In this document: in pieces, positions 52,497 to 64,000 of the stretch
Numbering within the stretch: position 1 is the stretch's first letter
Layout: each line of letters starts with the position of its first letter
NCBI GenBank assembly: GCA_016748015.1
Contig: JAAOMT010000672.1
Location: 191,431 to 255,430, forward strand
From: Geosiphon pyriformis uo1
Lineage: Eukaryota; Fungi; Glomeromycota
Direction of reading: 5' to 3'
DNA: 64,000 nucleotides
Translations under genes and position numbers: made by a program
The notes under the pieces: model-generated
Databases searched by the model: none
What the model was told of the DNA's origin: nothing
The model's input: only the letters and a program-made list of their open reading frames with translations

Positions 52497-53588
52497 ATGT
52501 ATAGCAACAAACAGCTTTCCTCCAACAAGACAACTAACTTCTTCGACACGGTTGCTTACAATATGATAGATGATAAGCATAATGATAATGATTCGATCGA
52601 TCAAAGAAGAAATGAACCTTCCGATTTTTCAGGCTCATCAATGAACTTAAATACGGCAATCGACAATAATTACAATCATGAAATTATTAACATGACTATA
52701 GATTTTCAAAAAAATTTTGCATTTAAACCTACTTTCCCACCACAAATATCTCCTCAAGATCTTTTAACTCCTAAATTAAGTGCTTTAGACGTAAGACCTT
52801 CCAAACCACCAAACGCATTTATTATATATCGCGTGGCTGCCGTGAAAGAGTTAAAAGCTCATGGTTGTGGTGCTATTCAAATGACGAAACTTTCAGGAAG
52901 AATTTCCGACTGCTGGAAGCAAGAACCAGAAAATGTGAAAGCATTTTACAAAAGTTTGGCTAAAGAAGCAACGAGATTATATAAAGAAATGTTTCCAAGA
53001 AAAAGAGGAAGAAATCCAAAGAGGCAACGTATTGTTCCTGATCCTTTATATCAGGATGTTTCAAAGATTAGAAATTCTGATACATCTACTACCGCTTTAA
53101 TTACTCAAACTTCATATCTGGAAAATTCTTTGCAAAATGTTCAACCCCAATCGCAATCACAACCTCAACCTCAACCTCAACCTCAATCACAGTCACAGTC
53201 TTGGCAAGATATGATATCGACTCTTAGGCCAAATTTCGAATTAGATCGTCAAGTTCACCAAACCATGACCGCAAACAGCGAATCTTTTGAAGTTGAAACT
53301 GGTAATGAATTCGGGTTGAGTTCTTTTACCCACGATTTCAATAACAATATTCACCAGCCTGTTTCAGTTCGTGCAGCCGAAACTCATTCTTCGCTTCAAA
53401 ATACGCCCTCTCCCTTAAGTGGGCCAATTCAAGAACCCTCGACTGATGACTGTTTTCATTTTGTGAGTTTAACTCATTATCATCAGGAAGTCTTCAAATT
53501 TCATTTCCATTTGTTACATCATGGGAACCCTTTTAATAGCATCGCGGATGCTCAAAACTCTGTTCTGTTCAAATTCCACATAGTATAA
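52497..53588 (+). CDS. HMG-box (MATA_HMG-type) transcription factor, single exon
   Basis: RPSKPPNAFIIYR...QMTKLSGRISDCWKQEPENVKAFYKSLA..A..LY..MFP, preceded by FKPTFPPQISPQDLL and followed by a basic NLS-like RKRGRNPKR and a QP/QS repeat. First ATG at 52497. Confidence 0.92.
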   Translation: MYSNKQLSSNKTTNFFDTVAYNMIDDKHNDNDSIDQRRNEPSDFSGSSMNLNTAIDNNYNHEIINMTIDFQKNFAFKPTFPPQISPQDLLTPKLSALDVRPSKPPNAFIIYRVAAVKELKAHGCGAIQMTKLSGRISDCWKQEPENVKAFYKSLAKEATRLYKEMFPRKRGRNPKRQRIVPDPLYQDVSKIRNSDTSTTALITQTSYLENSLQNVQPQSQSQPQPQPQPQSQSQSWQDMISTLRPNFELDRQVHQTMTANSESFEVETGNEFGLSSFTHDFNNNIHQPVSVRAAETHSSLQNTPSPLSGPIQEPSTDDCFHFVSLTHYHQEVFKFHFHLLHHGNPFNSIADAQNSVLFKFHIV

Positions 53589-55800
53589 AAATCATTTATT
53601 GGTCATTTCTTCAACCAAATTAATTAAAAACTTTATAAAATCGAACTATCCAGATAGATAAAAAGGTGATCTAAATTTATGAAAAAAAACTAAACTAAAA
53701 TGTTACCCGATTTATGCTAATGAAACTAAAAAAATTATGATTTTTATTATGTCAAAATGAACAGATATTTTCTCAAATTTTCATTGTTAAATTAGAGTCC
53801 CTATCTGGTTGTTGAAAATTGAAACTATGCCGAATTTTCGTTTAACCATTTTTCAATTTTCATGTTTAAGAAAAAAATAAAAAACTCGACAATAAAATTT
53901 TTTTGAGTTTAAAGACTATCCATTTTGTTCATTTGAAAAAATCTAAAATTTAACCAATCAGTAGACTCTTTCGATTATTAAATAGATTTGTCTACAAATA
54001 CGCACCCCTAACTTTGTGAAATATTAAGATGATTTAAACGAGATCCTGTGACAATGGGATGCATTAATACTATTATAATTCTTATCTTGTGAATATCACA
54101 CAAAATCAGCCACAATGCAAACGCAGAAATATAATGATTAGACTTCACTTCAAAGCTCCCCGATGTTGAAAACTCGGGATAAAGAAATGTGAAAAATATA
54201 AATGTAGATTTTTTCACCTGATAATGGTCAGATCTCAGTGACAGAGGTTTTTTTTTTTTTTTATAAAGAATGACAAATTCAAAGATTTTTTAGAAATTGG
54301 CTGATGGTAACAGTCAAATCTTGATAGCAAAATATTATTGAGGTCACTATAAAATTCATGATAGTAATTGTTAACTTGATCTGTTCTTTCCCACAAAAGA
54401 AAAAGGAAATTGGTAGAATTCAAAGTTTGGATTAAATCCGATTAAAATTAAAACTTGTGAGAGAGTTTTGAATAACATTAGGAAATCTTTGTAACATGAA
54501 TTACCTGTATATTTTAATTGCTCCAATAAATTTTTATATATAAATTTTACAATAGCACTTTGAATAAGATATCTTTATATGATTTTAATTTAAATTATTC
54601 CTTGAACTCTTAATTTTTCGTACAAAAAGATTTGCAAAAAAACCAGACTTTTGACAGTATGTTTGTATCACAATTTTTCGTAATATGTTTCACTTATTGT
54701 AATTCACGATATATGATATATGATATATATATATCAATTGTTTCTTTTTAAAAAAAAAAAATTAAATAATGTACTTTTTTTTGTCATAATAATTGTTCTA
54801 CTAAAAGTTTATTTCTTCTGAAAATATAATTTCATTATGGATGTAAAAATTTTTTTTTGTCGGTAGATGACAAAGAAAATTATAAAATGAATTTTTAATA
54901 AAAATAAAGTTATTTACAAAATTTATTCATTAAAATATTTTTGAAATAAAATAAGTATTAAATTTCTTTATAAGAAAAAATAATTTAATTTTGAATTTTT
55001 GCTTTTTTTTTTAATAAAAAAAAAATTTTTTTCTTATATCTAAATATGATAAAAAATTTTTATTTTTAAATTTTAATCCTTTTTCATTTATTAATATTTA
55101 GCAGTTAAATTTAAAAAAATTTTAATTACCAAATAATAAACTGAAATTTTAATAATAATAAAAATTTAAACCTATTTTTATACAAAATTTTTTACATTTA
55201 TTTTTTTAGGCTAAAAATTTAAACTTTTAATTCAGATCAATTTAACATTTTTAAAAGTAAAAGTTTGTAAAATTTTGACAATTTTAAAGTAATTTTATAT
55301 TTGTTAGTTTAGTCTAAATGAAAATAAATAAAGGTTCTAATTTTGAAAGAAAAGTATATTTCTTTTAGAATAAAATCTTTATTTGTAAAATTTTTGTTAT
55401 TGAAAAAAAGCTTTGTTTTTAAGAAAAAAAAATTAAATACTTGTTTTGACTGTCATATTATGTTGAAGTAAGTGGTTTCAATATATTATATTTGTGTATA
55501 TTATTTTTTTTTTTTAAATGTTTTAGAAAAATAAATTTTTATTAATTTTATTTTTTTTATATTAATATTATTATTATTATTATAATTAAAATGGTGTAAT
55601 ATTATTTATAAATATTTATAAATAACAATTTTAATAAAATATTAACAAATTATATACTTATTTAAAAAATATATGTATACAAAAATTACTTGATATATAA
55701 AACTGAGAATCAAGGCTTTATTGAAAAATAATTAAAATAGCATTTATAAAAAAAAAAAAAAAAGGTAAATAAATGCAAGTNNNNNNNNNNNNNNNNNNNN

Positions 55801-56172
<372 letters not shown>

Positions 56173-56352
56173 AAATTTGGGTTTATATCCAAACCGGGAT
56201 ACATGTTAAAAAACATTTTTATACTAAATGTTGATCAATAACCTTGTGATTGATAATTTTCGGGAAAAAAAGTAATTAAAACCACCTTTAAAAATGGTTA
56301 CACACTTTAAAGCAAAATTTAAAAAATTCCCCCTTGAAAAGCATGTCTGTCT

Positions 56353-56391
56353 GGGGGGAGGGAGGGAGGGAGGGAGGGAGGGAGGGGGGGG
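56353..56391 (+). repeat. (GGGA)n G-rich tract, G-quadruplex-capable
   Basis: GGGGGGAGGGAGGGAGGGAGGGAGGGAGGGAGGGGGGGG. Confidence 0.85.
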
Positions 56392-58041
56392 ATAAGAAAA
56401 ATATCCCTTTCATTTGTAAATATTTCTTTCACAAAATTTTTTTTTAGCACACCAAACAAATATATAAAAAATCGGAAAGTAAAAACTATCTTTAGGATCT
56501 AGGTGATTATTGAAGCAATTCACAAAAAATGATTAAACTTCCCTTAAAAATCTTCAATATAAGACAAAAGTTTAAAACTTTGCATTTTCAAGGAAAATCA
56601 ATTAATAAAAGAATGATAATATCNNNNNNNNNNNNNNNNNNNNAAAAAAAAAAAAAAAAAAGGTAAATAAATGCAAGTATTACATAATAATAATAATAAT
56701 AATAATAATTTAATACATAAATATTTGTTATTACAAATTTGTAAAATGGATTTGTAATTTATATGATTATTTTATTGTCTGAGTTTCACCCTCAAGAAAT
56801 GATTAAAGATGAACAATTATGTATTTGTTCAAAGACTGCATGAGCAATATGCATTTAATTACGGTTTTTTTTTTTTTGCTTTTTTTCAACATTTTACACA
56901 TAGTTGTGGATTCTGCAGTTTATATTTATTACAGTTTAGGTGGATCAAAAATATTTTGTTGCTCCCAATGCAAAATAGAGCTTTGATAAGGATATTAATA
57001 GTATTCGTAACATTCTCCTTTCCACCATCTTATTAAAAATGAATCGGTTTAGACTGACGTAGGAGTCTACTTTCTTATAAAACTTGTGTATTATCTAAAT
57101 TGGACTTACATAGTAAAATGGAGTTTAATTAGAAATGTGTAGATTTTAATGTAGGAGTAACTATTAAAATATTTAAAGCAATTTAATTGAGATTGGTATT
57201 AAAAAAAAAAAGAAGGTACATCTAAACAAAATTATGCTCATAAACTTCAATTACACTTTGCTGTTTCATGTAAGGCGAAACCATGGTAGATAGAAAAAAT
57301 TTAATACGAATTAGTAATTAATCGTCAAAATTTATTATGTGCAGAAAAAACACAATTTTTAAAGCAACTTTTGAAATTGAACGAGAATTCTTTTTTAAAA
57401 GTTGTAATAAGAGAAACCTCGTTTATCTAAAACATGACATAAAAACTTGAACTAATGGTAAAATATAGATGTGAGATTAATGTAAAAAAATTTAAAGGGA
57501 CTCTTTAGCCTATCGTTGTTTAGGGTGCAAAAAAAAAATCGGAAAAAGTGAAAATCATCAGATTTTATTTTTTTTTTGTCTTTCAAAATTCTCATTACGA
57601 GATTTACTCATTTTATTAAAAATAAAAAAAATTAAAAGACCTTCTTCAGTCAAGTATATTATGAATTTCTCATTTATGAATCTCGAATTTTTATTTTAAA
57701 AATGTTTAGTGCGTGTTTTTTTTTTTTTTTTCAATAATCTTTTTAAATGTTTACAAAAAAAGCTTCTATATATTTAGTGACTCAATATTAATTACTCAAG
57801 TGCACTCGAAATGTGATAACCTAATTGGGGCATTTAGTGAAAAGAAAAATTTAGCCAAAAAAATGTTTTTGTAAAATTCTTGAAGGTCAAAATTATGTTT
57901 GAAATGTTAACGAATGGCAAAAAATTGCTTGGAAAATCCGTTCGTCTGAAACCAAAGTATAACTTTATTAGATTATTTCAATTAGTACTTTGCATATTGT
58001 ACATTCTTTTTATTGCCAATGGATGTTTGTATTTATTAAAG

Positions 58042-58101
58042 TTTGTTCATGTTATGTTTGTTCATGTTATATTTGTTCATGTTATGTTTGTTCATGTTAT
58101 G
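58042..58101. repeat. 15-bp tandem repeat TTTGTTCATGTTAT(G/A) x4
   Basis: Direct reading. Confidence 0.92.
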
Positions 58102-58817
58102 GTGGTGGGATTAATTTTTTTTCTCTAGGTGTTGAAGAATCAGTTGAATGGTTACTTAAACTTGTCATCGTTATCATAGTTGAGGCTAAAACCCTATTTT
58201 TATTAAGTAAAAAATAAAAAATAAAAAATAAAAAATAAAAAATAAAAAATAAAAAAATAAAAAATAAGAATATAAGAAATATAAAAAATTGATTTTCAAT
58301 AAATTCAATTACCTAGAATTAAATGTTCCCCCTATTTTTATCTATGTCACAAAAATCTCTTCACACATGTTTTCATCCTTGGAAGAAGATAACAAGTAAA
58401 ACTTTGATATATAATTTTTTTACTTTTGCCAAAATCCCGAATTTTTTTTCGCTAGTTACTGAGATTTTCAAAAGTTAAACTAATTTCTGAGCACATTTTC
58501 GCTTATGAAGAGCAAAGTTGAAAAGTGGTTTTATGTACTCAAACTTCAAGGGCACCTTTCGCAGTGCCGAGCAACAGTTAGTTCTGAAAATCAACTTTAA
58601 AAATTATCAGTATTTCTAGGTAATGAACAACGCTGAACAAGAAATGCTCGAATTAAAAGGAATTCACCGAAATTCTGTCACTTGGAATGAAAGAATGGGA
58701 ATCAAGAAGACGAACAGTAATTTTCTCTAGGATTTTTTGACTTTAAAAAAAAATTGATTATCATGATATCGGAATAGGTTATCAACATGTGATTTCATCT
58801 GCTTCATTAGAGAGAAC

Positions 58818-59243
<426 letters not shown>

Positions 59244-59279
59244 AATTTGGGTTTATATCNNNNNNNNNNNNNNNNNNNN

Positions 59280-59295
59280 GATGTGTATAAGAGAC

Positions 59296-59297
<2 letters not shown>
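59280..59297 (+). other. Nextera/Tn5 mosaic-end adapter remnant (sequencing artefact)
   Basis: GATGTGTATAAGAGACAG is 18 of the 19 nt of the mosaic end AGATGTGTATAAGAGACAG and sits directly at a contig edge. Confidence 0.95.
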
Positions 59298-59373
<76 letters not shown>

Positions 59374-59392
59374 TTTTTTTGTTTTTTTTCTT

Positions 59393-59424
<32 letters not shown>
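59298..59424. repeat. (CT)n followed by poly-T
   Basis: Direct reading. Confidence 0.95.
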
Positions 59425-59430
<6 letters not shown>

Positions 59431-59835
59431 GTTTTTCTAACTTTATCAATTTCGAACTGAAATAGCCCTCACATACCGTGAAAATCCAAAGATTTTATTT
59501 CTCAATTTTTCTTTTTCTTTTTCTTTTCTTTTCTTTTTTCTTTTTTCTTTTTTCTTTTTTTTATATTGCAATTTATATTCCTCTATAAACGAAATTCTAA
59601 AATTTCACATGATTCAATGAAAATTAATATTTTTAAATTTACAAAGTTTCAGGACCCCAGAGTTTTTAAAAAAAATACCCAGAAAAAATCTTAAAATCTT
59701 GAATAATTTGAAACAACCATTATGCAATAGTGTATAATTGTTGTTTAAATCATATCTTTTTTGTGCGCTTTAGCATATATATATATATATAAATTCTTAC
59801 TCATGAATGAAAACACTTTCTGACGATTCATGACT

Positions 59836-59865
59836 ATGATGATGATGATGATGATTATGATGATT

Positions 59866-59904
<39 letters not shown>
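59836..59904. repeat. (GAT)n microsatellite
   Basis: Direct reading. Confidence 0.95.
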
Positions 59905-60293
59905 CATAGATTTTATAATAAATAAAAATTTGGGACAATTTTTACAGTTTTGTGAACAAAAACTAAAATTTTTAGACTTATGCCCGATAAATTTGCATAA
60001 AAATCTGCAAGGCAGGTTTATTGAGACCCAAAGGTTTTAAATGATTTGTATTTATACAAATTAGGAATTCCTTTAAATCCAGAAAGAAATAAAATAGGGG
60101 ATTTTCAAATGTTGGTCCAGTAATTCTTCGTTTTTCCTCATGAACTTTAAAAACAACTTTTCTCCCGAGATCCCACTAAACTATAAAGAGTTCTAATGAA
60201 GCTTATTTTTTTAAAATCGAGATATCAATCTCGAAACCTTGATCTTTTGGACAATGTGAAAAATTGTTCATTTGGGATTTGATAACAAAAGAA

Positions 60294-60328
<35 letters not shown>

Positions 60329-61014
60329 CAAAAAAAACACTAANNNNNNNNNNNNNNNNNNNNNNNNNNNNNNNNNNNNNNNNNNNNNNNNNNNNNNNNN
60401 NNNNNNNNNNNNNNNNNNNNNNNNNNNNNNNNNNNNNNNNNNNNNNNNNNNNNNNNNNNNNNNNNNNNNNNNNNNNNNNNNNNNNNNNNNNNNNNNNNNN
60501 NNNNNNNNNNNNNNNNNNNNNNNNNNNNNNNNNNNNNNNNNNNNNNNNNNNNNNNNNNNNNNNNNNNNNNNNNNNNNNNNNNNNNNNNNNNNNNNNNNNN
60601 NNNNNNNNNNNNNNNAAAAAAAAAAAAAAAAAAAAAAAAGACAAACAAACCTGATGACCTAGTGTGAAGCAATGTCCAACGCTGATGATACACTAATAAA
60701 GATTCATTTTAACTTGCTCAATAACTGAAATCCTTCCGAATTCTTCCTATACTTTTTTTATTTTTTGTTTGAGACTAATTTTCTTCTAAAGTATAAATAA
60801 GGGGATCCTGAAGGGTTAACTTCCATATAATCAACTCTTTTGAAAGAAAAATTTTCCTTTTTATACATTTTTAAAAAAAAACTCTTTTATACATTTTAAA
60901 AACATTACAAAAGTATTTTTAGATAGTTAAAAATCTTCTTTATGGTGTTTTCAGATAATTATTTTCAAAAATTATTTTTTACTAAAACACAATTGCGAAA
61001 AAATACTTTCAACT

Positions 61015-61208
61015 TCGAAACCTTGAATCTTTTGGTAATAAACACTTTATAAATCCAAAACCTTTGAAACTTTTAGTAATAAACACATTTTAAATCCAAA
61101 ACCTTTGAGTCTTTGGCAAAAACCCCTTTTTAAATTGGAAATCTTGAGTCTTTGACAAAAATTCCTTTAAATTGGAAATACCTTGAGTGTTTTTGACAAT
61201 TTTGAAAA
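61015..61208. repeat. Degenerate ~40-bp minisatellite, about 5 units
   Basis: Recurring AAACC(T)TTGA(A/G)TCTTT(T)G(G)...AAA(C)AC...TTTAAAT(CC/TG). Confidence 0.75.
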
Positions 61209-62243
61209 AAAGATATAAATATATTTGTGAAGGATATTTTTTGGTAGGTTAAAACATTCAATTACCTTAAATACTTTTTTCCATTTTCCATTTTTCAGAA
61301 TTTTTTACACTTTCTTTCTTTTTCAGCTATGCCTATACGAAAATCCTTCAAAATCTCTTTGATGGATTTGTCGAGTCGACTTTTTTACTTTTCGTTGTCG
61401 ACAATGAATTTTATGGTTATTTTGAAATTCTGTTGGCTTCGTAATTGGGATCCAATCCTAATTGATACAGAGGTTCAATGGGCTATTAAAATTTGTGAAA
61501 AATAAAAAGGATTCTTGTAGTTTTTTTGGTAAGTTTTCGTTCTCTAAAATTTTACTTTTCTAGAATGATATTCAAAAGGCTAAATTTATGCTTCTTACTA
61601 ATCAGCTGTTTTAATTTATCGTATCCCACACCATTCAAGTCTATTCCTTAGACTATAAGAAATCAAACAACTTTCTCCCCAGCTCGGTTGGGGGGTTCAA
61701 GAATTACATAACTCAAAGATGTGAAGGGTTGGTTTGTTACATACACATCAGTGTTTAAAGATTACACAGCAACTTTTGTACACCATACAAATGTTTCTCG
61801 ACATAATAAGAAATGATAGTCGATTTCAATACTCAACAGGGTCAAATATTAAACATTATTTGGCAATTGATTAAAAATAAAATTGAAAAAAAGATTGGTA
61901 TCGAGTTCTTTATTTACACTAGTTCATAATGTTCAAAGGTATTTTATACTCTTAAAACAAAATTTCAGGTGATAGCTTTTAATCATTATCAGAAATATAG
62001 GTTCATTTAAAAAAGATTCTGACTTTTAAAATAATTACTTTCATTCAAAAAATATTATATCTATGCTTAATAATATATATTAAATAAATAAATAAATATA
62101 TATATATATGTTGAGATTTAATATTTGCAATCGCACCTGAGAAACTATGAATTTCAATTAAAAAGGTTCATACTGAAACTAGGGGCTATATGATAAGTGC
62201 ATATTTATGAACTAAAAAGGGAATTATGATATCAGCTAGCAAG

Positions 62244-62281
<38 letters not shown>

Positions 62282-62348
62282 ATTACTTACTATTACTACT
62301 TCTACTATTACTATTACTACTACTACTTATTACTTACTACTACTACTG

Positions 62349-62397
<49 letters not shown>

Positions 62398-62447
62398 TAC
62401 TACTACTACTACTTATTACTTACTATTACTACTTCTACTACTACTAT

Positions 62448-62485
<38 letters not shown>

Positions 62486-62499
62486 TTACTTACTATTAC
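62244..62499. repeat. (CTA/TTA)n microsatellite
   Basis: Direct reading. Confidence 0.95.
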
Positions 62500-62755
62500 A
62501 TTTTACCGAGAACCAAAGTTCAAGATTACGGGTAAATACGAAATTAGACAGAGTTTTAGAAATGGTAATGTATGACTTGCAAAAAAAAAAAATCAAAGTT
62601 CAGTATGAATTTCTCCTTTAAAATTTAAATAAGGAAAACAACGAGAATAAAAAGAAATGATATTCAAATTTGAATTTTTTTTTAAAAAGAATCTGGCTAA
62701 ATAACAAACTTTAAAATGGAGAACATTAAAAAGATGGGGGTTTTTTTTTTTGAAT

Positions 62756-62866
62756 CACACACACAACACACACAACACACACAACACACACAACACACAC
62801 AACACACACAACACACACAACACACACAACACACACAACACACACAACACACACACACACACACAC
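62756..62866. repeat. (CACACACAA)n 9-bp repeat grading into (CA)n
   Basis: Direct reading. Confidence 0.95.
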
Positions 62867-64000
62867 CGAAACAAATGAAAAAAAAAATGGTAGAGATCAT
62901 CAATTTTCCGTAACAAACGATAGATAAAAAAAGTTCCATGATTTGCATATAGGATTGAAAAACAATACAATTACAGTGACCATTTTAGTATCATGTTGTC
63001 TAACATAAGAGCATGCATTTTTTTTCTTAAGAAAAATAAAAACTAGTTAAAGGAGTTTTCATTTAAAATTATCTCCTTTTAATTTGGATCTTATCTCCAT
63101 TTAATTCGGATTTTTAATATTATCACCCCAAAAGATGTTTTTAGAAAAAAAAAATTATTAATTAAAAATATATATTTTTCTGGTTGATCCTAACAAGATT
63201 TTTTTTCCAAAAGCCCAACTAAGCTCCACCCAATTGAGAGATTCAGAATTTTTTTTTTTACGCCACCAAAATTAAAAGTTTTTGTAAAAAAATTTTTTGT
63301 GAAACTTTTGGTAACAGAAATTTTGAGGTTTAATTTTTTTTTTTTTTTTTAAAAAAAAAAANNNNNNNNNNNNNNNNNNNNNNNNNNNNNNNNNNNNNNN
63401 NNNNNNNNNNNNNNNNNNNNNNNNNNNNNNNNNNNNNNNNNNNNNNNNNNNNNNNNNNNNNNNNNNNNNNNNNNNNNNNNNNNNNNNNNNNNNNNNNNNN
63501 NNNNNNNNNNNNNNNNNNNNNNNNNNNNNNNNNNNNNNNNNNNNNNNNNNNNNNNNNNNNNNNNNNNNNNNNNNNNNNNNNNNNNNNNNNNNNNNNNNNN
63601 NNNNNNNNNNNNNNNNNNNNNNNNNNNNNNNNNNNNNNNNNNNNNNNNNNNNNNNNNNNNNNNNNNNNNNNNNNNNNNNNNNNTCTTTGTTTCATAGGTT
63701 GCATTTGCATTTGCATTTGTCCTAGGATTTTTTTTTTTTTTTTCCGGTATGAATTGTTTTTGTTTCATAAATATTTAAAATTAATAATTAATAATTAAAA
63801 TTAAAACTCAAACAAAAGAAAGAAAGAAAGAAAGAAAGAAAAAAAAAACTTTATTTTAGTAAATTATTATAATATTTAGGAAATTTTAATGAAACTTAAT
63901 ATATATAAATAAATAAGTTCCCTGCTTTCATAAATATTATACTTTATATTCCAATTGTAAAGAAACAAAAAAAAAAGAAAAAAAGAAAAAAAAAAAAAAA

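Noticed and set aside
52497-53588. Mating-type (sexP/sexM) locus
   Set aside because: No flanking triose-phosphate transporter, RNA helicase or homeodomain genes; HMG genes of this type form a large family.
60650-60730. C/D-box snoRNA (TGATGA...CTGA)
   Set aside because: Imperfect C box, no terminal stem, and I could not identify a complementary rRNA target.

Overview
Eukaryotic, very AT-rich, intron-containing fungal DNA with many N gaps. Sel1-repeat and MATA-type HMG genes plus the TE style point to a Glomeromycotina fungus (inference only). Bases 1-~19,980 are a nested transposon graveyard. It holds two decayed LINEs on the minus strand. The first carries a solo LTR (52-998, TSD ATGT). 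The second is split by a full-length Ty3/Gypsy-type LTR retrotransposon (8253-17729, TSD ATGC). That element is unusual: gag-protease, then a Cys-rich insert, dUTPase and RT-RNase H; an integrase in a separate reading frame that abuts the RNase H stop; and a third unknown ORF before the 3' LTR. A fourth LTR fragment ends the block. Bases ~20.9-53.6 kb hold host genes: SEC15 (+), ATG11 (-), an Ish1/Msc1-like membrane protein (-), a small alpha/beta hydrolase (-), a broken secreted Gly/Asn-repeat ORF (-), a Sel1-repeat protein (+), a divergent JEN1-like MFS transporter (-) and an HMG-box transcription factor (+). The last 10 kb is gene-poor, rich in microsatellites and shows assembly artefacts, including a Nextera/Tn5 adapter remnant. 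All calls were made by eye, with no database searches.
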